NCBI GenBank assembly: GCA_964016885.1
Contig: OZ024743.1
Location: forward strand, 328,290,001 to 328,354,000
Direction: 5' to 3'
Source of the DNA: Eledone cirrhosa
Taxonomy: Eukaryota
DNA: 64,000 nt
This document shows, piece after piece, positions 39,997-53,528 of the stretch (the first letter of the stretch is position 1; each line of letters starts with the position of its first letter). Below the pieces are notes generated by a model, which saw nothing but the letters and a program-made list of their open reading frames with translations, ran no database searches and was not told where the DNA came from. The position numbers were made by a program, and so were the translations under genes.

Positions 39997-40469
39997 CAGT
40001 GGTTTCCAACCTTTTTTAGCCCATGGCCCACTTTGAACCCAGAATTTTTCTGTGGCCCATGAAATTATTATAGTGTCAAAGATTACCTCCATTTTACATA
40101 GAATATATCCACTAAAGATACAACTATGTCTATTTATTGGACACAATTTCACAAACATCTAAAATATTTCACATCTCCAGCGAAACAACCAACTATTTAT
40201 TATCAATATTTATTTTTACAATTGTTCCTATATATGGCACAAAACTAATTAAAAGTTATTCAAACACAAATTAGTAATTTTCATAATCTAAATATATTAA
40301 AATTATTTACATATATTTAATTTCATTAATTTAAGGACTGGTAGTCGATAAAAGCTCTATGGACCATTCAATAAACTGGTGGCCCAGTAGTAAATATAAA
40401 ATTTCTGTGGCCCACCTGAAATTTGCCGTGGTCCATTTTAATCATGTGGCCATAGGTTGGGAAATACTG
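39997..40469. mobile_element. hAT-type MITE
   Basis: TIRs CAGTGGTTTCCAACCT and AGGTTGGGAAATACTG, with an 8-bp TSD GGTTTGAT/GGTTAGAT (7 of 8 match). Confidence 0.85.
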
Positions 40470-40951
40470 GGTTAGATAGCTTGACACATTCTGAGACAGC
40501 TTAGTAATTTTCTTCACATAGTCACTAGTGTCAATCAAGGTTGGTGCTACCATTAAGGCCAACTAGGCAGGCCTCAGAGAGGTGTATTTCTTTTTTTAAT
40601 GAATCTAAACAAGATCCCAGACCCCATTCGATTACTAGGTGGGGTGGAACTCGTCAGATCGGACCAAGGAAACAATGTTTCTATTGGTCTTACCAATTTC
40701 TGATACTATCTACCAGTCACAACTCCTGGCAGAAGTAGTAACATGAAATAAAGTGTCTTGTTCAAGCACATAACGCATCACTTGGCTGGGAAATCAAACT
40801 CACAACCTCACAATTGTGAATCCAATTCTTTAACCAATAAGCCTTTGTATTACTGATACTTAAAGGATCACAGTTTTATATGAATTTGGATAATTAAATT
40901 ACACTTGGGTCCTGGGTGGGTATCGGTAATTTTTCTAGCTTGTACAATTGG

Positions 40952-42822
40952 CCTAGGGTACTAAATACCCAGGTGTACATTGTAGAGCTAACCTGGGGTA
41001 CCAAATACCCAGGTGTACATTGTAGAGCTAACCTGGGGTACTAAATACCCAGGTGTACATTGTAGAAGTAACCTGGGGTACTAAATACCCAGGTGTACAT
41101 TTGTAGAGCTAACCTGGGGTACTAAATACCCAGGTGTACATTGTAGAACTAACCTGGGGTACTAAATACCCAGGTGTACATTGTAGAGCTAACCTGGGGT
41201 ACTAAATACCCAGGTGTACATTGTAGAGCTAACCTGGGGTACCAAATACCCAGGTGTACATTGTGGAGCTAACCTGGGGTACTAAATACCCAGGTGTACA
41301 TTGTAGAAGTAACCTGGGGTACTAAATACCCAGGTGTACATTTGTAGAGCTAACCTGGGGTACTAAATACCCAGGTGTACATTGTAGAGCTAACCTGGGG
41401 TACTAAATACCCAGGTGTACATTGTAGAGCTAACCTGGGGTACTAAATACCCAGGTGTACATTGTAGAGCTAACCTGGGGTACCAAATACCCAGGTGTAC
41501 ATTGTAGAGCTAACCTGGGGTACTAAATACCCAGGTGTACATTGTAGAAGTAACCTGGGGTACTAAATACCCAGGTGTACATTTGTAGAGCTAACCTGGG
41601 GTACTAAATACCCAGGTGTACATTGTAGAACTAACCTGGGGTACTAAATACCCAGGGGTACATTGTAGAGCTAACTTGGGGTACTAAATACCTAGGTGTA
41701 CATTGTAGAGCTAACCTGGGATACCAAATACCCAGGTGTACATTGTAGAGCTAACCTGGGGTACTAAATACCCATGTGTACATTGTAGAAGTAACCTGGG
41801 GTACTAAATACCCAGGTGTACATTGTAGAGCTAACCTGGGATACCAAATACCCAGGTGTACATTGTAGAGCTAACCTGGGGTACTAAATACCCAGATGTA
41901 CATTGTAGAGCTAACCTGGGGTACTAAATACCCAGGTGTACATTGTAGAGCTAACCTGGGGTACTAAATACCCAGGTGTACATTGTAGAGCTAACCTGGG
42001 GTACTAAATACCCAGGTGTACATTGTAGAACTAACCTGGGGTACTAAATACCCAGGTGTACATTGTAGAGCTAACCTGGGGTACTAAATACCCAGGTGTA
42101 CATTGTAGAGCTAACCTGGGGTACTAAATACCCAGGTGTACATTGTAGAGCTAACCTGGGGTACTAAATACCCAGGTGTACATTGTAGAGCTAACCTGGG
42201 GTACCAAATACCCAGGTGTACATTGTAGAGCTAACCTGGGGTACTAAATACCCAGGTGTACATTGTAGAAGTAACCTGGGGTACTAAATACCCAGGTGTA
42301 CATTGTAGAACTAACCTGGGGTACTAAATACCCAGGGGTACATTGTAGAGCTAACTTGGGGTACTAAATACCTAGGTGTACATTGTAGAGCTAACCTGGG
42401 ATACCAAATACCCAGGTGTACATTGTAGAGCTAACCTGGGGTACTAAATACCCATGTGTACATTGTAGAAGTAACCTGGGGTACTAAATACCCAGGTGTA
42501 CATTGTAGAGCTAACCTGGGATACCAAATACCCAGGTGTACATTGTAGAACTAACCTGGGGTACTAAATACCCAGGTGTACATTGTAGAGCTAACATGGG
42601 TTACTAATTACCTAGGTGTACATTCTAGAGCTAACCTGGGTTACTAATTACCTAGGTGTACATTGAGGAGCTAACCTGGGGTACTAAATACCCAGGTGTA
42701 CATTGTAGAGCTAACCTGGGGTACTAAATACCCAGGTGTACATTGTAGAGCTACCCTGGGGTACTAAATACCCAGGTGTACATTGTAGAGCTACCCTAGG
42801 GTGTTATACACCTAGGTGTTGA
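40952..42822. repeat. 40-bp palindromic minisatellite, about 46 copies
   Basis: Unit ACCTGGGGTACTAAATACCCAGGTGTACATTGTAGAGCTA. Confidence 0.97.
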
Positions 42823-43199
42823 CATTAGTCTCATATTGGGATATGTTGTAATATTAGTAGGGCTGCTGCTATAAAGACTATATTCCTAACTCCCTCCTCC
42901 CCCCACCACCACCACCATGACAACAACCACAGAAATTCCCACCACCAACAACACCACCACTACCACCAACACATACCTGTCAAATAACACCTTAAACTTG
43001 GAATTGCCTCAGGCAATTGTCCTCATTTCTAGTAGTTCTGACAACTGGCTCAGACAGTGCCATAATCATAATAATAATTGTTTCTACTTTTTGGCACAAG
43101 GCCAGCAATTATCAGTGCATTACTGGTACTTTATTTTATCGACTACACAGAGTTCACATTAAGAAAACAATAAAGACGGCACATGACAGTACAGTGTGG

Positions 43200-43860
43200 T
43201 TTTTTTGTGTAAAATAAAACGTTTATAACAAAGACTAAAAAATAAACATTTAAAAAATCAAATATAACATTCCCCAAAAGTGGGGAGATCTCTGAGGGTC
43301 ACTCATGGAGAAAGCCCACAAAAACCCAGTCACCCTGACCTGTTGGGCAAATGCCTCCTCCAAGTTGTCCTCTTCCAATCTACAGGTATATACTCACCCA
43401 ACTTTCAACAAACTGGTTGGAAGGCAGCACTTCCTCCTCCAGGTTTTCCTCTTTAAGTGAAACCTGAAAAAGTTAATCTGGGTTTTGCCGAAGAGAAAAG
43501 TGCTTGTCTTCAACCCTTTCAGACGTGTCCACTACCTGACCTCTTTCGCCATGGTCACCAGGCAGATAAAATTTGATTGCCCTTTCTGGCTAAAGGAAGG
43601 CAGTGGGGCAATCTACACAGTGGACTCAGCTGATAGCCAGATCCATCTTACATATGACAGCAGGTGTTTGACATAAACCTAAATGCCAGCATTTATTGCT
43701 CTGTGTGCATCTTGGCCAGGCCAGGCTGACAGCAGTCCCATGATTGCTGTAGAGTTTATCTTGAACTGGCAATGGTCCTCAGTAGCAGTGCCAGGCCAGG
43801 GATTTCTGGAAGTTATCAATGGGTCCTGGACTGAAAGTCATCTCTAAAAGAGTCTGTAGT
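43200..43860 (-). mobile_element. Old, degenerate 3' fragment of a Tx1-like LINE
   Basis: Minus strand encodes FSPGPIDNFQKSLAW and MAKEVR*WTRLKGLKTSTFL, homologous to the C-terminus of ORF2 at 57893-58450. Confidence 0.8.
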
Positions 43861-45084
43861 TGATTTTCATTGATGCCCAAAAGACCTGTCCACCAGTACA
43901 AACGCTGTTATAGAGATGACACAGGACTGAGCTGACTGGTGTTATGTCATATTACAAAAGACCTGTCCACCAGTACAGACACTGTGGTAGAAATGATGGA
44001 GGTGATAGTAATGGTGCTGGTGATGGTGGTGGTAATAGTGATGATGATGATACAATTATATACTCCCTGTAATAAATACAGCCATTACTATTATCACCTG
44101 TTCAGTTACTGTATCTATGTAGACAGGTGTGCTATAAATAAACAGTTATGTTATGGTTCAGTGAGTTTTGGACAGGTGATATTGTTGTTGTTTTAGAAGG
44201 CCAACCATGAGTTTTTTCTGGTTGACAATATCATAAAGAAAGAAACCAGGACTGTTTTTGTTGTCAGATTTACTTGTCTGTGACACCACCTTATTTAATT
44301 AACAGCTTTGTTAGATGACAGGTAGGAATCTCTGCTAGTGTAAAGAATAAGTACTCTTTGTTACGAGGCAATAAAGAAGTCTGTATGTGCCTACCAGAAC
44401 TGCTAGAAATAGCAGTCAAATCTCACTCAGATTTCTCTACAATTTTTTAAAAAAGGAAATACACATTAGATATTGTAGTAGCATTAGTTCTCTTGGGTCT
44501 CAAATAATTGTCGTCCCCCAACTTAATAATTTTTCAGATTTTTTCAAACCTCCCGCTCTTATTTCAACCTTCCACTTATTAAATTTTGCTAATCTATCCC
44601 CGACAAAATTTTATTTTAAGTGGTACCATTTCTATGACAATTAATTTTCTTCAGATATTAAAAAACATTATACATAACAAAAAAAGAAATCTATGTCATA
44701 AAAAATAGGATGGGTTGTAAACTAAACGACTAATTCTGGTTTTTAAAAAAATCAATGGAGACAACCTAAAAAAATTATCCCCCCCCCCCCCCTTATTATT
44801 TGGGATTTGAGAGTAATGGCAGTGAAGAAGTCTACATGTGGCTATCAACTGCTGGAAATAGCAGTCAAATCTCACTCAGATCACACTCTATCATTTCTTT
44901 TAAAAAAGGAAGTACACATTAGATACTGTAGTAGCCTTAGTTCTTGATATGTAGTACTTACGAGAAGGCCAGGATGGTGATGGCTGTAGAAACTTTTGAT
45001 AATAGGTCTGCTCAGTCAGGGCTGACCTGGAGTTAAACAGTTAGGCAAATATTGTGCTCTTTGTATTATTCCATGAATTTAGGG

Positions 45085-45717
45085 CAGTGGATTGGCAGTT
45101 GAATCAGTAGAGCATCAGACAACATGCTTTTGTAGCATATAGTTACGTCCTTTTACGAGGGAGTACTGAAAAGTTCCTGGCTTAAAGGTTAGAATTGTTA
45201 CCTTTACAGGGGAGGTAGGACTGCTGCAATAAGTGTGTGAATCTGAGAGGGGAATATGTTGAATAAAATTATAATTAGCTGATCCTTCTGTACTTTCTTT
45301 TACCCAAAGCCAGGAACGTTTCAGCACTCCCTCATATGTTCAAATCTCGCTGAGGTTAGCTTTGCTTTTCATCCTTATAGGGTTGATAAAATAAAGTACC
45401 AGTAACACACTGGGGTTAGTCAGTTTAATTAACTTTCCACTCCCTCCAAATTGTTGGCCTTGTGCCTAAATCAGAAACCATTATTTCACCAATTAATAAT
45501 TGTTTTTACTTTTGGCACAAAAGCCAGTAATTTGAAGGAAAAAGGAAAGTTGATTAAATTGACCCCAGTGCATTACTGCTATGTTACCAGTATAAAGCCC
45601 GTCAGGATGAAAGGCCAAGTTACCTAGGTGAGATTTGAACTCAGAATGTAAAGGGCTGTAACTATATGCTGCACAGTATTTTGTCCAACGCTCTATTGAC
45701 TATTGCTAATTCACCGT
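45085..45717. mobile_element. Tail-to-tail pair of Meta-like SINEs, the first interrupted by a mariner MITE
   Basis: Plus-strand copy at about 45085-45485 and minus-strand copy at about 45495-45717. Confidence 0.8.
45156..45334. mobile_element. mariner-type MITE
   Basis: TA|CGAGGGAGTACTGAAAAGTTCCTGGCTT ... AAGCCAGGAACGTTTCAGCACTCCCTCA|TA. Confidence 0.85.
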
Positions 45718-45792
45718 CCTAATTCCACCAATTAATGATAATCTGATTGAGTTGACTAGTGACATGCTGAAATGGCGTACTAGAAAAGACCC

Positions 45793-48700
45793 ACCAGTAC
45801 ACTCTGTAAATTGGTAGCACTGGAGGCATGATGAAATACACCCAGTACACTCTGTAAATTGGTAGCACTGGAGCCATGATGAAATACACCCAGTACACTC
45901 TGTAAATTGGTAGCACTGGGACCATGATAAAATACACCCAGTACACTCTGTAAATTGGTAGCACTGGAGCCATGATGAAATACACCCAGTACACTCTGTA
46001 AATTGGTAGCACTGGGACCATGATAAAATACACCCAGTACACTCTGTAAATTGGTAGCACTGGAACCATGATGAAATACACTCTGTAAATTGGTAGCACT
46101 GGAGCCATGATAAAATACACCCAGTACACTCTGTAAATTGGTAGCACTGGAGCCATGATAAAATACACCCAGTACACTCTGTAAATTGGTAGAACTGGAG
46201 CCATGATGAAATATGCACCCAGTACACTCTGTAAATTGGTAGCACTGGGACCATCATAAAATATGCACCCAGTACACTCTGTAAATTGGTAGCACTGGGA
46301 CCGTAATAAAATATGCACCCAGTACGCTCTGTAAATTGGTAGCACTGGAGCCATGATGAAATATGCACCCAGTACACTCTGAAAATTGGTAGCACTGGAG
46401 CCATGATGAAATATGCACCCAGTTCACTCTGTAAATTGGTAGCACTGGGACCATGATAAAATACACCCAGTACACTCTGTAAATTGGTAGCACTGGAGCC
46501 ATGATGAAATATGCACCCAGTACACTCTGTAAATTGGTAGCACTGGGACCATAATAAAATATGCACCCAGTACACTCTGTAAATTGGTAGCACTGGGACC
46601 ATAATAAAATATGCACCCAGTACACTCTGTAAATTGGTAGCACTGGAGCCATGATGAAATATGCACCCAGTACACTCTGTAAATTGGTAGCACTGGAGCC
46701 ATGATGAAATATGCACCCAGTACACTCTGTAAATTGGTAGCACTGGGACCATGATAAAATACACCCAGTACACTCTGTAAATTGGTAGCACTGGAGCCAT
46801 GATGAAATATGCACCCAGTACACTCTGTAAATTGGTAGCACTGGGACCATGATAAAATACACCCAGTACACTCTGTAAATTGGTAGCACTGGGACCATGA
46901 TAAAATATGCACCCAGTACACTCTGTAAATTGGTAGCACTGGGACCATAATAAAATATGCACCCAGTACACTCTGTAAATTGGTAGCACTGGGACCATAA
47001 TAAAATATGCACCCAGTACACTCTGTAAATTGGTAGCACTGGGACCATGATGAAATATGCACCCAGTACACTCTGTAAATTGGTAGCACTGAAGCCATGA
47101 TGAAATATGCACCCAGTACACTCTGTAAATTGGTAGCACTGGAGCCATGATGAAATATGCACCCAGTACACTCTGTAAATTGGTAGCACTGGAGCCATGA
47201 TGAAATATGCACCCAGTACACTCTGTAAATTGGTAGCACTGGAGCCATGATGAAATATGCACCCAGTACACTCTGTAAATTGGTAGCACTGGGACCATAA
47301 TAAAATATGCACCCAGTACACTCTGTAAATTGGTAGCACTGGGACCATAATAAAATATGCACCCAGTACACTCTGTAAATTGGTAGCACTGGAGCCATGA
47401 TGAAATATGCACCCAGTACACTCTGTAAATTGGTAGCACTGGGACCATGATGAAATATGCACCCAGTACACTCTGTAAATTGGTAGCACTGGAGCCATGA
47501 TGAAATATGCGCCCAGTACACTCTGTAAATTGGTAGCACTGGAGCCATGATGAAATACACCCAGTACACTCTGTAAATTGGTAGCACTGGGACCATGATA
47601 AAATATGCACCCAGTACACTCTGTAAATTGGTAGCACTGGAGCCATGATGAAATACACCCAGTACACTCTGTAAATTGGTAGCACTGGAGCCATGATAAA
47701 ATACACCCAGTACACTCTGTAAATTGGTAGCACTGGGACCATAATAAAATATGCACCCAGTACACTCTGTAAATTGGTAGCACTGGAGCCATGATAAAAT
47801 ACACCCAGTACACTCTGTAAATTGGTAGCACTGGGACCATAATAAAATATGCACCCAGTACACTCTGTAAATTGGTAGCACTGGAGCCATGATAAAATAC
47901 ACCCAGTACACTCTGTAAATTGGTAGCACTGGAGCCATGATGAAATACACCCAGTACACTCTGTAAATTGGTAGCACTGGGACCATAATAAAATATGCAC
48001 CCAGTACACTCTGTAAATTGGTAGCACTGGAGCCATGATGAAATACACCCAGTACACTCTGTAAATTGGTAGCACTGGGACCATGATAAAATATGCACCC
48101 AGTACACTCTGTAAATTGGTAGCACTGGAGCCATGATAAAATACACCCAGTACACTCTGTAAATTGGTAGCACTGGGACCATAATAAAATATGCACCCAG
48201 TACACTCTGTAAATTGGTAGCACTGGAGCCATGATAAAATACACCCAGTACACTCTGTAAATTGGTAGCACTGGAGCCATGATGAAATACACCCAGTACA
48301 CTCTGTAAATTGGTAGCACTGGGACCATAATAAAATATGCACCCAGTACACTCTGTAAATTGGTAGCACTGGAGCCATGATGAAATACACCCAGTACACT
48401 CTGTAAATTGGTAGCACTGGGACCATGATAAAATATGCACCCAGTACACTCTGTAAATTGGTAGCACTGGAGCCATGATGAAATACACCCAGTACACTCT
48501 GTAAATTGATAGCACTGGGACCATAATAAAATATGCACCCAGTACACTCTGTAAATTGGTAGCACTGGAGCCATGATAAAATACACCCAGTACACTCTGT
48601 AAATTGGTAGCACTGGAGCCATGATGAAATACACCCAGTACACTCTGTAAATTGGTAGCACTGGGACCATGATAAAATATGCACCCAGTACACTCTGTAA

Positions 48701-50246
48701 ATTGGTAGCACTGGAGCCATGATGAAATACACCCAGTACACTCTGTAAATTGGTAGCACTGGGACCATAATAAAATATGCACCCAGTACACTCTGTAAAT
48801 TGGTAGCACTGGAGCCATGATAAAATACACCCAGTACACTCTGTAAATTGGTAGCACTGGAGCCATGATGAAATACACCCAGTACACTCTATAAATTGGT
48901 AGCACTGGGACCATGATAAAATATGCACCCAGTACACTCTGTAAATTGGTAGCACTGGAGCCATGATGAAATACACCCAGTACACTCTGTAAATTGGTAG
49001 CACTGGGACCATAATAAAATATGCACCCAGTACACTCTGTAAATTGGTAGCACTGGAGCCATGATAAAATACACCCAGTACACTCTGTAAATTGGTAGCA
49101 CTGGAGCCATGATGAAATACACCCAGTACACTCTGTAAATTGGTAGCACTGGAGCCATGATAAAATACACCCAGTACACTCTGTAAATTGGTAGCACTGG
49201 AGCCATGATGAAATACACCCAGTACACTCTGTAAATTGGTAGCACTGGGACCATGATAAAATATGCACCCAGTACACTCTGTAAATTGGTAGCACTGGAG
49301 CCATGATGAAATACACCCAGTACACTCTGTAAATTGGTAGCACTGGAGCCATGATAAAATACACCCAGTACACTCTGTAAATTGGTAGCACTGGAGCCAT
49401 GATGAAATACACCCAGTACACTCTGTAAATTGGTAGCACTGGGACCATGATAAAATATGCACCCAGTACACTCTGTAAATTGGTAGCACTGGAGCCATGA
49501 TGAAATACACCCAGTACACTCTGTAAATTGGTAGCACTGGAGCCATGATGAAATACACCCAGTACACTCTGTAAATTGGTAGCACTGGTGCCATGATGAA
49601 ATACACCCAGTACACTCTGTAAATTGGTAGCACTGGAGCCATGATGAAATACACCCAGTACACTCTGTAAATTGGTAGCACTGGGACCATGATAAAATAT
49701 GCACCCAGTACACTCTGTAAATTGGTAGCACTGGAGCCATGATGAAATACACCCAGTACACTCTGTAAATTGGTAGCACTGGAGCCATGATGAAATACAC
49801 CCAGTACACTCTGTAAAGTTGTAGTGCTGGAGCCATGATAAAATATACACCCAGTACACTCTGTAAATTGGTAGCACTGGAGCCATGATAAAATTCACCC
49901 AGTACACTCTGTAAATTGGTAGCACTGGAGCCATGATAAAATACACCCAGTACACTCTGTAAAGTGATAGTGCTTGTACCACGAAAATATGCACCCAGTA
50001 TACCCTTTTAAGTGCTGGAGCCATGATAAAATGCACCCAGTACACTCTGTAAAGTAGCAGTGCTGGAGCCATGATAAAATACACCAAGTACACTCTGTAA
50101 AGTGGTTGTGTTGCTACCATGAAAATATGCACCCAGTACACTCTGTAAAGTGGTAGTGTTGGAGCCATGATAAAATACACCAAGTGCACTCTGTAAAGTG
50201 ATTGTGTTGTTACCATGAAAATATGCACCCAGTACACTCTGTAAAG
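45793..50246. repeat. 48/50-bp minisatellite, about 90 copies, SINE-derived
   Basis: Unit CACCCAGTACACTCTGTAAATTGGTAGCACTGG(AG/GA)CCAT(G/A)AT(G/A)AAATA(TG). It runs into the SINE 3' part (GGTTGGTGATAGGAA...GAGCAAGACATGG...(GAT)n). Confidence 0.97.
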
Positions 50247-50452
50247 GGGTTGGTGATAGGAACAGCATGCTAAATAATGGAATATATGAGCAAGACATGG
50301 TTTTCTGACCAGACTAGTCTTGAATGATGATGGTGATGATAATGATGATGCTCATGATGATGATGATGTTCATGATGATGATGATGTTCATGATGATGAT
50401 GATGATAATGAATAAATTTCTTGTAATTGTGTTATATTGTAGTTCAGCAACT

Positions 50453-50527
50453 ATGCCTCGCAACAATGTTAGGATCTTGATCACACCAAATGCAGCAAAA
50501 GACAGAATCATCAGCAAGTTTCCACCG
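50453..50527 (+). CDS. RAB34/RAB36: Rab34/Rab36-family GTPase, first coding exon
   Basis: Acceptor ttgtag at 50442, ATG at 50453 and GTAAGA donor. Encodes MPRNNVRILITPNAAKDRIISKFPP, matching the DRVI..FP N-terminal extension of Rab34/36. Confidence 0.85.
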
Positions 50528-50554
50528 GTAAGATTTTCATTAATTTATCCCATG

Positions 50555-51260
50555 TTTGCATGTGTGAGATGGATGATATACCATTCTTACATGCATGAGA
50601 AGGAGGATAACTCATGTTTACATGTGTGAGATGTTGATATACCATTCTTACATGTATGAGATATTTTGTTATCCTGTGTTTGATATACCATACATGCGTG
50701 AGATATGTTGATGTACCATACATGCGTGAGATATGTTGATGTATCATACATGCATGAGATATGTTGATATACCATACATGTGTAAGATATCTTGATATAC
50801 CATACATGTGTATATGTGATATGTTGATATACCATACATGTATGAGATATGTTGATATACCATGCATGTGTGGGATATATTGATGTACCATACATGTTTG
50901 AGATATGCTACTATCCCATGTTTGCATGTGTGAAATATGTTGCTATCCAATGTTTACATGTGTTTGATCATTGTTATATTATGTTTGTATGTGAGATGGT
51001 TTTTATGTAATACTTGCATGTGTGAATGTATGAAATAGTTGTTAACACATGTTTGCAAATGTTAGATGCATGTGTGATAATTGTTATGCCATGTTTGCAC
51101 ATGTGAGATGATTATTATCATATGTTTGCACATGTGAGATGATTATTATCATATGTTTGCACATGTGAGATGGTAGTTATCATATTTTGCACATGTGAGA
51201 TGATTATTATCATATGTTTGCATGTATGTGTGATAATTATTATGCTATGTTTGCATGGGC
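50555..51260. repeat. Degenerate 32-33 bp tandem repeat
   Basis: GATATGTTGATATACCATACATG(C/T)GTGA-type units. Confidence 0.8.
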
Positions 51261-51399
51261 AAGATGATTGTTATAGCCGGGAAAGAAGTGGTGAAAGCTG
51301 ATCTCAGTATGTTGAACTTCACCAAGGACTGCAACAGACTGACCAACCTCAACAAGGAGATGACTTGTAGTGTCACTGGGCTTGTATTTGTGGACAAGT

Positions 51400-52668
51400 C
51401 TTTTGTATCATGACATATCACCAGTCAGCTCAGACCTATATCTTTATCACAAGGTTTGTACTGGTGGACAGGTCTTTTGTATCATGACATATCACCAGTC
51501 AACTCTATTGCATGTCATCTCTGTAGCAGAGCTTGTACTGGTAGATAGGTCTTTTGTCATATCACCAGTCAGTTCAGTCCTGTGTCATCTCTATTACTGT
51601 GTTTGTACTGGTAGACATGTCTTTTCTATTATGACATATCACCAGTCAACTCAGTACTGTGTCATCTCTATCACAGTGATAATACTGGTAGACAGGTCTT
51701 TTCTGTTATGTCATATCACCAGTCAACTCATTACTATGTCATCTCTATCACAGTGATAATACTGGTAGACAGGTCTTTTCTATTATGACATATCACCAGT
51801 CAACTCATTACTATGTCATCTCTATCACAGTGATAATACTGGTAGACAGGTCTTTTCTGTTATGTCATATCACCAGTCAACTCAGTCCTGTGTCATCTCT
51901 ATCACAGTGATAATACTGGTAGACAGGTCTTTTCTGTTATGACATAGCACCAGTCAACTCAGTACTGTGTCATCTCTATCACAGTGATAATACTGGTAGA
52001 CAGGTCTTTTCTGTTATGACATAGCACCAGTCAACTCATTACTATGTCATCTCTATCACAGTGATAATACTGGTAGACAGGTCTTTTCTGTTATGTCATA
52101 TCACCAGTCAACTCAGTCCTGTGTCATCTCTATCACAGTGATAATACTGGTAGACAGGTCTTTTCTGTTATGACATATCACCAGTCAACTTAGTACTGTG
52201 TCATCTCTATCACAGTGTCTGTACTGGTAGACAGGTCTTTTCTGTTATGACATATCACCAGTCAACTCAGTACTGTGTCATCTCTATCACAGTGATAATA
52301 CTGGTAGACAGGTCTTTTCTGTTATGACATATCACCAGTCAGTTCAGTACTGTGTCATCTCTATCACAGTGATAATACTGGTAGACATGTCTTTTCTGTT
52401 ATGACATATCACCAGTCAACTCATTACTATGTCATCTCTATCACAGTGATAATACTGGTAGACAGGTCTTTTCTGTTATGACATAGCACCAGTCAACTCA
52501 GTACTGTGTCATCTCTATCACAGTGATAATACTGGTAGACAGGTCTTTTCTGTTATGACATATCACCAGTCAACTCAGTCCTGTGTCATCTCTATCACAG
52601 TGATAATACTGGTAGACAGGTCTTTTCTGTTATGACATATCACCAGTCAACTCTATTGCATGTCATTT
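51400..52668. repeat. 77-bp minisatellite, about 16 copies
   Basis: Unit GTCATCTCTATCACAGTGATAATACTGGTAGACAGGTCTTTTCTGTTATGACATATCACCAGTCAACTCAGTACTGT. An inverted relative lies at about 43878-43990. Confidence 0.95.
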
Positions 52669-52732
52669 CCTTCGTGAGTTTTAGTTTTATTGCTGATGTA
52701 AATCTTTCTTTATCCATTCTTGTATTCTCCAG

Positions 52733-52824
52733 GCTTTCCATCCTGATGCTACACCATATCATCAAATAAACTTTCACCCTAAAGTAAAGAATGCTTGTCT
52801 GGAGAATAGAACTGGCCGTGTTAG
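52733..52824 (+). CDS. RAB34/RAB36: Rab34/Rab36-family GTPase, second coding exon
   Basis: ctccag|GCT...AG|gtaact; encodes AFHPDATPYHQINFHPKVKNACLENRTGRV. Confidence 0.9.
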
Positions 52825-53004
52825 GTAACTATTTCATGTCACTTACTCTACATTTTTTTGCAAATAATCTAAAGGTGACTAAGAAAGGTCATCTGGCTGT
52901 ACAACATTGCCACAAAAGGTGACTAGAAAGGACACCTGACTATAGAACATTGCCTCAGACAGTGACAAAGGTAGGAAGACATCTGGCTGTACAACAGTGT
53001 TGGT

Positions 53005-53475
53005 GCCACAATAAAATACACCCAGCTCACTCTGTAAAGTGGTAGTGTTGATGTCACAATAAAATACACCCTGCTCACTCTGTAAAGTGGTAGTGTTGAT
53101 GTCACAATAAAATACACCCTGCTCACTCTGTAAAGTGGTAGTGTTGATGTCACAATAAAATACACCCAGCCTGCTCTGTAAAGTGGTAGTGTTGGTGTCA
53201 TGATGAAATACACCCAGCTCACTCTGTAAAGTGGTGGTGTTGGTGTCACAATAAAATGCACCCAGCCCACTTTGTGTAGATGGTGCCATATTAAAATGCA
53301 GTCATTACACACTGTAAGGTGGTTGACATTAGGAAGGGCATCCAGCCATAGAAACAAAGCCAAGAATGGAATTATGAGCAAGACATGGTCATCTGACTTG
53401 TCAAGTTTCATAATGTGGTAACTCATCTAACCCATGCAAGCATAGAAAATAGACACTAAACGATGATGATGATGT
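53005..53475 (+). repeat. 48-bp tandem expansion (about 6 copies) followed by the SINE 3' part
   Basis: CACAATAAAATACACCCTGCTCACTCTGTAAAGTGGTAGTGTTGATGT units, then AGGAAGGGCATCCAGC...AACCCATGC...(GAT)n. Confidence 0.85.
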
Positions 53476-53528
53476 TGTTATTTTATGAATATATTAAATT
53501 TCTTTCCTTCTTCTTTTTCCAATGAAAG

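Noticed and set aside
40952-42822. CRISPR-like palindromic repeat array
   Set aside because: There are no unique spacers and no cas genes, and the context is eukaryotic intron or intergenic DNA.
45706-50237. ORFs of 1020, 1088 and 1327 aa
   Set aside because: They are translations of the 48/50-bp minisatellite. All three minus-strand frames are largely open and cycle the same peptides as unit length shifts frame.
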